From positions 23,560,001-23,624,000 of the forward strand of contig CATNEN010000001.1 of NCBI GenBank assembly GCA_950097015.1: DNA of 64,000 bases, given 5' to 3'. Source of the stretch: Macrostomum hystrix (lineage: Eukaryota; Animalia; Platyhelminthes). The notes under the pieces were generated by a model. It was given only the letters and a program-made list of their open reading frames with translations. It did no database searches and was not told where the DNA came from. The position numbers were made by a program, and so were the translations under genes. Shown piece by piece: positions 35,648 through 47,402 of the stretch (position 1 is its first letter; each line of letters begins with the position of its first letter).

Positions 35648-38600
35648 ATGGCACAAGCGGGGACATTGCTAGTAACTTCTGTCCTGGCTCTGCTCTCACA
35701 ATTGTACCCAGGCGGAGCGGATCAAGCGTAAGTGGATCCGCAGATGCCCATGTGCTGTGGCAATGTCTGAAATCTAATTTATGCTCTATGAAAGCATATT
35801 GTATCTGCATGCAACGGTTAGTACAGGACTGGTTTTCTTAAAACAATGGTGGCTATAAACAGTTTTCCTCTTGTACCCACGTTTTATATCGCTTTTAATC
35901 CCACTTTCCTTGAAATATTCCAACAGATTTCTTCTCTTTAAAGTTGCATGCACAATTCCAGGCCAAAAGTCAAGAATATTAGAATGCTTTCAAACTTCAA
36001 CTGCTGTATCCGCTGCTTGCCAATACCCTTCTCATCGCATCCTTACTTTGTAGCCCACTGGAAGACAACACACACAACCACACGGATCACTTTGGTGCCG
36101 CTATTGAACAGTCAATGCGGATGTAAGACTTTCTTGGAGGGAGCAAAATTTATGCTTTCAGTTTCGGCGCAACATTAACATAGGCAGATAAATAGTTCGT
36201 TTACTCTGTTCCTGTGTTACAAACTAGCTTCTGTTTTCATTGCCAGAAGTTGTGTTGTATTTACTACTTTTTAATAATGCGTCTCTAACAGTGACATTCA
36301 TAGTGGCTTGGCTCTTAGCATGAAAACATCAGTGTTTGCATAACATTTTTACTAATTAACTTCTAGAGCGTTGTGCTGAAGATTCGTTAGAACAGCTTAT
36401 ACAAAAATATATTCTCACCACGCCCTGTCACTGAACCAGCAGCCAATAATAATGGAACAACATATTTTTGTGTTGCTGTTTTAGCTGCCTCAACATCAAC
36501 CTCACGCCCCCTATGGCTGACCAATAAAAAGCTTTCATCCGAGACATCAGCCTCACGCCACCTATGGCTGACCAATAAAAAGCTTTCATCTGAGACATCA
36601 GCCTCACGCCCTGCATGACTCACAAATGAATAGTCTTTTATCTGCCATATCACAACCATGTGTCTTGCAAGGCTGACCAATTAAAAAACTCCGTAAAAAC
36701 TACATGTGAAATCATTTTACGTTTTGACCTCTGAACTTGTTTCAAACTTATCCATCATATGCATTTTACCTAAAACTTCTTCATAATTATTAAAACTTAG
36801 TTATTTATTTTGAATGGTTAGACTAGCTCGATAACGTCTACATTTTTGTCTTAATAGTTTGCTTTGACGTTACACATTGTGTACACTTACTCGAAAAGAC
36901 TTTTAGTAATGTGACAATTCTCGATAAAAATCTCATGATTCACGAGTACTGCTTATAAGAGCTCAGTCTCAAGTCTGGAGCAGTTTGCATTTGCACGGCC
37001 CGTTTCGCCTCATCAGGAAGAACATCATCGACCGGCTATTGCAGAACTACACTCGTCAGAACAGTCCTCATGGCGGTGAGTTCTCTGACTGACGATTTTT
37101 TATGAGGGCTTGTAGAATTTTCAGATGATATTGTCGATATGGTATCTTATTATTAGATTCCTACATGTAGTATAATTTCAGTTAAGACCCTGTGTTTCTG
37201 CGACCAACTCAAAAGCCACCAACCCGGAGCTTTCATGAGTATCAGTTAGACATTCTCTACGCAATGGGCAGGAAATCTTTAAGCTAGCGACAGTAGGCAG
37301 ATCAAGGAGCTGGATAATCAGCCTTTTTATTACCACGGATCCTTAGGTGGGTTGTAAAATTGCAGCAGAGCCTAATGAAGATCGGTAGAGCGAGAAATGT
37401 ACATAGCATTTTTGGAGTCGATAATTCAAAATGATCTTGCTTTACTCGCGAGTTGTAAAAACTTGAGCACTAGCCTAGGTACAATAACTCAACCCTGTCT
37501 ACCGTTTCAGACAAGCCAACGACTGTTCACCTGGGCATCTACATCAACAGCTTCTATTCTATTAGTGAACAGACAATGGTAGGCTCACGAGTTTGCTCAC
37601 GAGTAGAATCTGTTATAGTGCGAGAAACTGACGCGCATTCGTTCAATCTGTTTTTAGGACTACTCAGTCAACATCTACTTGAGGCAGCAGTGGTATGACC
37701 CCAGACTGCGGTTTAACAAGAGCGAAGTCTCAGACAATAAGGACTGCGTCAAACTGGAGGACAAGATCTGGGAGAAGCTGTGGGTGCCGGATGTGTTCTT
37801 CAGGTAAGCCTCTATGGTGGAGGTGAGTGGCTGTGGATGCCGGATGTGTTCTTCAGGTAAGCCTCTATGGTGGAGGTGAGTGGCTGTGGGGGCCGGATGT
37901 GTTCTTCAGGTAAGCCTCTATGGTGGAGGTGAGTGGCTGTGGGGGCCGGATGTGTTCTTCAGGTAAGCCTCTATGGTGGAGGTGAGTGGCTGTGGGTGCC
38001 GGATGTGTTCTTCAGGCAAGCCTCTAAGGTGGAGGTGAGTGGCTGTGGTTGCCGGATGTGTTCTTCAGGCAAGCCTCTATGGTGGAGGTGAGTGGCTGTG
38101 GGTGCCGGATGTGTTCTTCAGGTAAGCCTCTATGGTGGAGGTGAGTGGCGGTGGGGGCCGGATGTGTTCTTCAGGTAAGCCTCTATGGTGGAGGTGAGTG
38201 GCTGTGGGTGCCGGATGTGTTCTTCAGGTAAGCCTCTATGGTGGAGGTGAGTGGCTGTGGGTGCCGGATGTGTTCTTCAGGTAAGCCTCTATGGTGGAGG
38301 TGAGTGGCTGTGGATGCCGGATGTGTTCTTCAGGTAAGCCTCTATGGTGGAGGTGAGTGGCTGTGGATGCCGGATGTGTTCTTCAGGTAAGCCTCTATGT
38401 TGGAGGTGAGTGGCTGTGGATGCCGGATGTGTTCTTCAGGTAAGCCTCTATGTTGGAGGTGAGTGGCTGTGGATGCCGGATGTGTTCTTCAGGTAAGCCT
38501 CTATGATGGAGGTGAGTGGCTGTGGGGGCCGGATGTGTTCTTCAGGCAAGCCTCTATGGTGGAGGTGAGTGGCTGTGGGTGCCGGATGTGTTCTTCAGGT

Positions 38601-41600
38601 AAGCCTCTATGGTGGAGGTGAGTGGCTGTGGATGCCGGATGTGTTCTTCAGGTAAGCCTCTATGTTGGAGGTGAGTGGCTGTGGATGCCGGATGTGTTCT
38701 TCAGGTAAGCCTCTATGTTGGAGGTGAGTGGCTGTGGATGCCGGATGTGTTCTTCAGGTAAGCCTCTATGTTGGAGGTGAGTGGCTGTGGATGCCGGATG
38801 TGTTCTTCAGATAAGCCTCTATGGTGGAGGTGAGTGGCTGTGGGTGCCGGATGTGTTCTTCAGGTAAGCCTCTATGGTGGAGGTGAGTGGCTGTGGGGGC
38901 CGGATGTGTTTACTCGGTAAGCTTCCATGAGAACGCTTGGAGCCCTGTTATGCAATTTAAGGCAATGGTGGTCAACCTCCAAAGCACAATGAGAGTGTAG
39001 AAACCTGTGCCAGTTCGTGCCTGCATCCAGTATTTGCCTTAATTAATAAGAATATATATACTTGACGATGTGTGCCACTTTATATTTCATTAAAACCACA
39101 TTGCTCACACGATAGCTAGGCATGTTAGTCAGAGATCAGAGACGTTGGGGTCGATATGGGATATTTGCCCCTGACGTCGACTCGTTTGATCAGCCGTCAT
39201 GCGACCCAGACAGACCATTTTAGGCCACATGCGCTTTCAGTTAAACATTCTTTATTTGCAGGCTACTCAAGAGCTCTCAGATACAATGTTTAATCAGTTT
39301 CACTGGCTAGAAAAACTGCAGACCTCACATTCTGCCACTACTTACCTCCAGGGGATTCTCGAGGCGCATTTGACTCTCCCATGAGGAATTGAAGTAGATA
39401 ATAATCTTCCGGATGGATTAAACTTCCGCATCCATCACTGCTCATTGGCTTTCCCGCTAATCTTTCACCCAACGGGCTGACAGGAACGAGAAGAAGGCCG
39501 ACTTCCATCACGTGACCATTCCGAACCGCTTCATCAACCTGTACCCGGACGGAAAGCTGTGGTACGTCATGAAGTAAGTGGAACTTCAGCAAAGCTACAA
39601 AATTGAATAGATTTCTAGTCTTCAGTCACGGCACAATGTCCCTGTGCTGGAATCCACGGCTCATAGAAGGCTTGGGGGGATGATCGTGCAATTCACGCCA
39701 TTGAAAGCCAACCTTGAAGGCATAGAGAACAATGGAAAGATCAGGTCAGATGTACACACCTGAGTGCGTGTGTGCTCTTGATTGGACATAATTGCCTCCT
39801 CGCAGGTCCACTATCCCCGATTGATGAGCCAAAGCCCACTACTCTCTAGCAGTCTTTTATTATGATAATTTGTCTCGGGACACAATTTTCCCGGAAATGT
39901 TATCTTGCAGAATCTCGGCCACATTGTCCTGCATGATGCAGCTGCAGAAGTATCCGCTAGACACACAGATCTGCCCTATGATGCTGGAGAGCTGTGAGTT
40001 GCCATAGTTCTCTGAGCTTGGTTTGGGTCTATTTTTAGAACCGATTCTTCCTTTTGACAACTTGAGTATTTCCGAAATAGACAACAATTTGAATAGACTT
40101 CCTGACATGACTCTGAAGCAGGATTGCTTGAATGAGCAGGAATGAAATCTAGAATCGCACCAGAGGCCGTTGCTAGAATCGCAGCAGGACTAAAAGCTAG
40201 AATCGCAGCAGGACTAATAGCTAGAATCGCAGCAGGACTAATAGCTAGAATCGCAGCAGATCTGAAAGCTAGAATCGCAGCAGGACTGAAAGCTAGAATC
40301 GCAGCAGGACTAAAAGCTAGAATCGCAGCAGGACTAATAGCTAGAATCGCAGCAGGACTAAAAGCTAGAATCGCAGCAGGACTGAAAGCTAGAATCGCAG
40401 CAGGACTAAAAGCTAGAATCGCAGCAGGACTGAAAGCTAGAATCGCAGCAGGACTAAAAGCTAGAATCGCAGCAGGACTGAAAGCTAGAATCGCAGCAGG
40501 ACTGAAAGCTAGAATCGCAGCAGGACTAATAGCTAGAATCGCAGCAGATCTGAAAGCTAGAATCGCAGCAGGACTGAAAGCTAGAATCGCAGCAGGACTA
40601 AAAGCTAGAATCGCAGCAGAGGCCGTTGCTAGAATCGCAGCAGGACTGAAAGCTAGAATCGCAGCAGGACTGAAAGCTAGAATCGCAGCAGGACTAAAAG
40701 CTAGAATCGCAGCAGGAATGAAAGCTAGAATCGCAGCAGGAATGAAAGCTAGAATCGCAGCAGGACTAAAAGCTAGAATCGCAGCAGGACTGAAAGCTAG
40801 AATCGCAGCAGGAATGAAAGCTAGAATCGCAGCAGGAATGAAAGCTAGAATCGCAGCCGGTATAAAAGCTAGAATCGCACCAGAGGCCGTTGATAAAATC
40901 GCAGCAGGACTAAAAGCTAGAATCGCAGCAGGACTAAAAGCTAGAATCGCAGCAGGTCTGAAAGCTAGAATCGCAGCAGGACCGAAAGCTAGAATCGAAG
41001 CAGGTATAAAAGCTAGAACCGCAGCAGGACTGAAAGCTAGAATCGCAGCAGGACTGAAAGCTAGAATCGCAGCAGGAATGAAAGCTAGAATCGGAGCAGG
41101 ACTAAAAGCTAGAATCGCAGCAGGAATGAAAGCTAGAATCGCAGCAGGTATGAAAGCTAGAATCGCAGCAGGTATGAAAGCTAGAATCGCAGCAGGAATG
41201 AAAGCTAGAATCGCACCAGAGGCCGTTGCTAGAATCGCAGCAGGACTAAAAGCTAGAATCGCAGCAGGACTGAAAGCTAGAATCGCAGCAAGACTAAAAG
41301 CTAGAATCGCAGCAGGTATGAAAGCTAGAATCGCAGCAGGAATGAAAGCTAGAATCGCAGCAGGACTGAAAGCTAGAATCGCAGCAGGAATGAAAGCTAG
41401 AATCGCAGCAGGAATGAAAGCTAGAATCGCAGCAGGACTGAAAGCTAGAATCGCAGCAGGAATGAAAGCTAGAATCGCAGCAGGAATGAAAGCTAGAATC
41501 GCAGCAGGAATGAAAGCTAGAATCGCAGCAGGAATGAAAGCTAGAATCGCAGCAGGAATGAAAGCTAGAATCGCAGCAGGACTGAAAGCTAGAATCGCAG

Positions 41601-44600
41601 CAGGACTGAAACCTAGAATCGCAGCAGGACTAAAAGCTAGAATCGCAGCAGGACTAAAAGCTAGAATCGCAGCAGGACTAAAAGCTAGAATCGCAGCAAG
41701 ACTGAAAGCTAGAATCGCAGCAGGAATGAAAGCTAGAATCGCAGCAGGAATGAAAGCTAGAATCGCAGCAGGACTAAAAGCTAGAATCGCAGCAAGACTA
41801 AAAGCTAGAATCGCAGCAGGACTGAAAGCTAGAATCGCAGCAGGACTGAAAGCTAGAATCGCAGCAGGAATGAAAGCTAGAATCGCAGCAGGAATGAAAG
41901 CTAGAATCGCAGCAGGACTAAAAGCTAGAATCGCAGCAAGACTAAAAGCTAGAATCGCAGCAGGACTAAAAGCTAGAATCGCAGCAGGACTGAAAGCTAG
42001 AATCGCAGCAGGTATAAAAGCTAGAATCGCACCAGAGGCCGTTGATAAAATCGCAGCAGGACTAAAAGCTAGAATCGCAGCAGGACTAAAAGCTAGAATC
42101 GCAGCAGGTCTGAAAGCTAGAATCGCAGCAGGACCGAAAGCTAGAATCGAAGCAGGTATAAAAGCTAGAACCGCAGCAGGACTGAAAGCTAGAATCGCAG
42201 CAGGACTGAAAGCTAGAATCGCAGCAGGACTAAAAGCTAGAATCGCAGCAGGACTAAAAGCTAGAATCGCAGCAGGACTAAAAGCTAGAATCGCAGCAGG
42301 ATTCCTTCTGAAATCATTACAAAAGCAGTAGCTCAATCAGATAAAAAGTGAATTTTTTTCATACTGTTCCGCCATATGCCATTCACGTGGATTTTTCATT
42401 AATTATCTGTGCTTCTTATCTGAGTTCTTGGACAGAGTCGCTAGCTAATTTTGATTGCATTATTTATGTAATTAGTTTCTTATAAGAAATGATTTCCATG
42501 CAAACCCAGTCAGAAATGGTAATCATTGACGGGCCCCACTGTCTTGGCCATTGAGAAATGCAATATTTCAGGGAAGTCACACACCCCCTGAGTAAATAGC
42601 AATATCTTGCCATGTTGTCCCACTGGGTTTTGTCAGAACCGGAAAAATGCCATTTATTTTGTTCAAATCGAATGTACTTCTCTGCTAGACTGACAGCAAT
42701 GTCCTGCAAAACTAGGAATGACATAATTATGGGATAATAATGGCAAGGATGTCAGCGGATCTAGACAGGTGTAATTGGAAAACTATATTTTTAGTATAGA
42801 TACAACGGACTTTTGTTAATAATTAGAAGGTTGGACAAATACAGATAAGGATTATATATAAACGAATGGTGAAAAAGGTTGATAACCTTATTAACAGCCG
42901 TGCTCTGCAGACTAAGTAGATGCGAAATATGTTTATTAGAACTAGGATGAAGCTGATGAGAACTCGGATAAAGCTGGTTAGGACTCGGATAAAGCCGATT
43001 AGGTCTGGGATAAAGCTGGTTAGAACTCGGATAAAGCTGGTTAGGACTCGGATAAAGCCGATTAGGTCTGGGATAAAGCTGGTTAGAACTCGGATAAAGC
43101 TGGTTAGGACTCGGATAAAGCCGATTAGGACTCGTCTAAAGCCGATTAGGACTCTTCTAAAGCCGATTAGGTCTGGGATAAAGCTGGTTAGAACTCGGAT
43201 AAAGCTGGTTAGGACTCGGATAAAGCCGATTAGGACTCGGATAAAGCTGATTAGGTCTCGGATAAAGCTGATTAGGTCTGGGATAAAGCTGGTTAGAACT
43301 CGGATAAAGCCGATTAGGACTCGTCTAAAGCTGATTAGGTCTCGGATAAAGCTGATTAGGTCTCGGATAAAGCTGATTAGGTCTCGGATAAAGCTGATTA
43401 GGTCTCGGATAAAGCTGATTAGGTCTCGGATAAAGCTGATTAGGTCTCGGATAAAGCTGATTAGGTCTCGGAAAAAACTTTTACGATTACAGTTTATGTT
43501 GAATTGATTAATTCTCAGAAAGCTAATAATGGGAAGTTCAATAAATATCATAGATGGGAGATATTTTTACCCACTCCTGGAAACTAAACTACTGACTCCT
43601 TCCAGTTGGCCACACCATGCAGACGGTCATCTTCAAGTGGCTGGTGAACAAATCCGTCGAGTCCACAGACGAGCTGAGCATGCCACAGTTCATGCTCAAA
43701 GGCTACCCAACCAGGGATTGCTCAAAGAACTACACGACTGGCAGTTACCCCTGCCTGCAAGTGGACTTCATACTACAGAGGGATATCGGCTACTTCATCA
43801 TCCAGGTAGGACAGCTCAAGCATTTCACAGATTCCCAGCTGGGAATCGCAGCAGGAATCGTAGCAAATATTATCTCGGTGCCGAGGTATTCACGGAGGGA
43901 ATCGAAGCTACATTCACAGAGGGAATCGAGCAAGAATCACAGAGGGAATCGAAGCTACATTCACAGTGGGAATCGAAGCTAGATTCATACAGGGAATCGA
44001 AGCAAGATTCGCAGAGGGAATCGAAGCAAGATTCGCACAGGGAATCGAAGCTAGATTCACAAAGGGAATCGAAGCTACATTCACAGAGGGAATCGAGCAA
44101 GATTCGCACAGGGAATCGAAGCTAGATTCACAAAGGGAATCGAAGCTACATTCACAGAGGGAATCGAGCAAGAATCACAGAGGGAATCGAAGCTACATTC
44201 ACAGTGGGAATCGAAGCTAGATTCATACAGGGAATCGAAGCAAGATTCGCAGAGGGAATCGAAGCAAGATTCGCACAGGGAATCGAAGCTAGATTCACAA
44301 AGGGAATCGAAGCTACATTCACAGAGGGAATCGAGCAAGATTCGCACAGGGAATCGAAGCTAGATTCACAAAGGGAATCGAAGCTACATTCACAGAGGGA
44401 ATCGAGCAAGAATCACAGAGGGAATCGAAGCTACATTCACTGTGGGAATCGAAGCTAGATTCACAGAGGGAATCGAAGCAAGATTCGCAGAGGGAATCGA
44501 AGCAAGATTCACAGAGGGAATCGAAGCTACATTCACAGAGGGAATCGAAGCTACATTCACAGAGGGAATCGAAGCTACATTCACAGAGGGAATCGAAGCT

Positions 44601-47402
44601 ACATTCACAGAGGGAATCGAAGCTACATTCTCAGAGGGAATCGAAGCAAGATTCGCAGAGGGAATCGAAGCTAGGTTCATACAGGGAATCGAAGCTACAG
44701 ACGCTAATTAAAATTAGGAAACTTTTCCACTGTCGTCCCACGGAAGCTGAAAACCCAGAATTTTCTGATCCATAAAAAGTAATATTTTTTGCTTTTCCTA
44801 GCTTTCTTTCCATGCGGAACTTTTTCCCCCTTTTTGTGTTCCGCATGGCGACCTTCCCTCCGTCCCTCTCTCTGCCCTTCCTTCTCGCTCTCACCACGGT
44901 TCATTTGGTCGAATCAAACTTTCAGATTTTCAAAGTCGCTTTAATTCTTTACCAAATCGTAAAAGCTTTATGAAAGTTGTTTTTTTTGGAAAAAACGAAT
45001 TGCTGCTGGCTGAATTCTTGAGGATAGTAAACCAGCAGCTTTGGCTCATAAATCAACTAATATTTATGTGACCCTACGAACCAATTATTCAAAAATTTTG
45101 CTCCAAGTATTCCTTATATCTCTGTGAAAGCATGCTATTTAAGGGGTCCACCCTGCTTTTTAGCTGTCTAGCCAGTCTTTCTGAAGGGTGTCCAGTGTAT
45201 CTTTAAGGCGTCCAGTCTGTCTTTGGGGTGTCCATCTAGTATTGAGTTGTCCACCCTCTCTTTGATGAGGGTGTCCCCCCTGTCTTTGATGAAGGTGTCC
45301 ACCCTGTCTTTGATGAGGGTGTCCACCCTGTCTTTGATGAAGGTGTCCACCCTGTCTTTGATGAAGGTGTCCACCCTGTCTTTGATGAAGGTGTCCACCC
45401 TGTCTTTGATGAGGGTGTCCCCCCTGTCTTTGATGAAGGTGTCCACCCTGTCTTTGATGAGGGTGTCCACCCTGTCTTTGATGAAGGTGTCCACCCTGTC
45501 ATTGATGAAGGTGTCCACCCTGTCTTTGATGAAGGTGTCCACCCTGTCTTTGATGAGGGTGTCCACCCTGTCTTTGATGAAGGTGTCCACCCTGTCTTTG
45601 ATGAAGGTGTCCCCCCTGTCTTTGATGAGGGTGTCCCCCCTGTCTTTGATGAAGGTGTCCACCCTGTCTTTGATGAGGGTGTCCACCCTGTCTTTGATGA
45701 AGGTGTCCACCCTGTCTTTGATGAAGGTGTCCACCCTGTCTTTGATGAAGGTGTCCACCCTGTCTTTGATGAAGGTGTCCACCCTGTCTTTGATAAAGGT
45801 GTCCACCCTGTCTTTGATGAAGGTGTCCACCCTGTCTTTGATGAAGGTGTCCCCCCTGTCTTTGATGAAGGTGTCCACCCTGTCTTTGATGAAGGTGTCC
45901 ACCCTGTCTTTGATGAAGGTGTCCACCCTGTCTTTGATAAAGGTGTCCACCCTGTCTTTGATGAAGGTGTCCACCCTGTCTTTGATGAAGGTGTCCCCCC
46001 TGTCTTTGATGAAGGTGTCCACCCTGTCTTTGATGAAGGTGTCCCCCCTGTCTTTGATGAGGGTGTCCACCCTGTCTTTGATGAAGGTGTCCACGCTGTC
46101 TTTGATGAAGGTGTCCACCCTATCTTTGATGAAGGTGTCCACCCTATCTTTGATGAAGGTGTCCACCCTGTCTTTGATGAAGGTGTCCACCCAGTCTTTG
46201 ATGAAGGTGTCCACCCAGTCTTTGATGAAGGTGTCCACCCTGTCTTTGATGAAGGTGTCTGACACAAGCAATGGATCATGAACTCGTTCCCACGCAGGTG
46301 TACATTCCCACAATCCTGCAAGTGATCCTGAGCTGGGTGGCCTTTTGGATCAACGCCGAGGCCATACCAGCCAGAGTGAGTCTCGGCCTGCTCACAGGTG
46401 AGGCAAATTTCTCAATGATTGAGGCTGTACTTTTACAAAGCTTTCATGCTACTGTTAGTATCAAGCAAAGGATATTTCAACCGAATGTCAACAAAACTGG
46501 TTCCGCAGTGCTCACAATGACAACGCAATCATCGGGCGCCGGTCAGTCGCTGCCCCGCGTCTCCTACATCAAAGCCATTGATGTCTGGATGAGCGTCTGC
46601 CTGATCTTCGTGTTTGCCTCCCTGCTGGAGTTTGCCGTTGTCAACGTCTACAGCCGCAAGGACACCAACAGCGTCAGGCCGACGACTGCAACAGCGGCCT
46701 CCATTGAAGCACCCGACGATGCGGGAGCTAGCCGAAGCCATCGATCTAATCAGCGGCAGCAGCAGCAGCAATACCTGACACCACAGATTCTGCCTGTGAA
46801 CTGCAGTACAGTGCATACTCCTGGGTCTGGACGAAACCGGTTGATTGCAGATGGAGGAGAGAGTGTGGGTTTTACCGTTGCATCATATCTAACACATGCA
46901 TCATATCTAACACATGCATCATATCTAACACATGCATCATATCTAACACATGCATCATATCTAACACATGCATCATATCTAACACATGCATCATATCTAA
47001 CACATGCATCATATCTAACACATGCATCATATCTAACACATGCATCATATCTAACACATGCATCATATCTAACACATGCATCATATCTAATACAAGTAGA
47101 TTCATCATATCTGAAACCCTTTAATCACTATAGTCTAACCAGTTAAAAAATGCAAAAGTTTAATGTCGAACCCGTTTATGAACATACAGACGCTACTGTT
47201 GCTCAACAACGAGAAGTCACTGCCGCAGTCGCAGCCGCAGCCATTCGGCGCAGGTTCTGTATCGCGAATCGGCCCAGGCGGCGGAGCGGCCGGATGCACC
47301 AACACTGCGCGCAAAATTGACAAAATCTCTCGTCGGCTCTTTCCTTTGATGTTTCTCATTTTCAATGTCATCTACTGGGTTATGTACGTGGTGGTAAAGT
47401 GA
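35648..47402 (+). CDS. Cys-loop ligand-gated chloride channel subunit (GluCl/GlyR-like); exons 35648..35727, 37017..37075, 37511..37578, 37658..37803, 39484..39573, 39911..39993, 43606..43805, 46298..46397, 46509..46864, 47190..47402
   Basis: All junctions are GT-AG and phase-compatible. Signal peptide; [11 protein letters not shown]; [12 protein letters not shown]; Cys loop [15 protein letters not shown]; loop-C disulfide [13 protein letters not shown]; anion-selective PAR motif before M2; M4 [10 protein letters not shown]. Confidence 0.92.
37778..38922 (+). repeat. 53-bp tandem array of exon-4 end plus 5' splice site, about 21.5 copies
   Basis: Unit CTGTGGGTGCCGGATGTGTTCTTCAG|GTAAGCCTCTATGGTGGAGGTGAGTGG; donor positions at 37804+53n up to 38917. 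Confidence 0.97.
40135..42303 (+). repeat. 24-bp intronic minisatellite (AAAGCTAGAATCGCAGCAGGACTG)
   Basis: About 90 copies, with a higher-order duplicated block of variants (about 40860-41040 and 42010-42190). Confidence 0.97.
42935..43471 (+). repeat. 21-bp intronic minisatellite (GGATAAAGCTGATTAGGTCTC)
   Basis: Directly visible. Confidence 0.95.
43896..44698 (+). repeat. About 24-bp intronic minisatellite (GGGAATCGAAGCTACATTCACAGA)
   Basis: Directly visible. Confidence 0.95.
45248..46259 (+). repeat. 24-bp intronic minisatellite (GTGTCCACCCTGTCTTTGATGAAG)
   Basis: About 42 copies ending just before exon 8. Confidence 0.97.
46879..47091 (+). repeat. 18-bp intronic minisatellite (TGCATCATATCTAACACA)
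   Basis: About 12 near-perfect copies. Confidence 0.95.

Noticed and set aside
39976-46321. Long repetitive ORFs ([22 protein letters not shown])
   Set aside because: They lie inside introns of the chloride-channel gene and are translations of minisatellites whose unit length is a multiple of 3.
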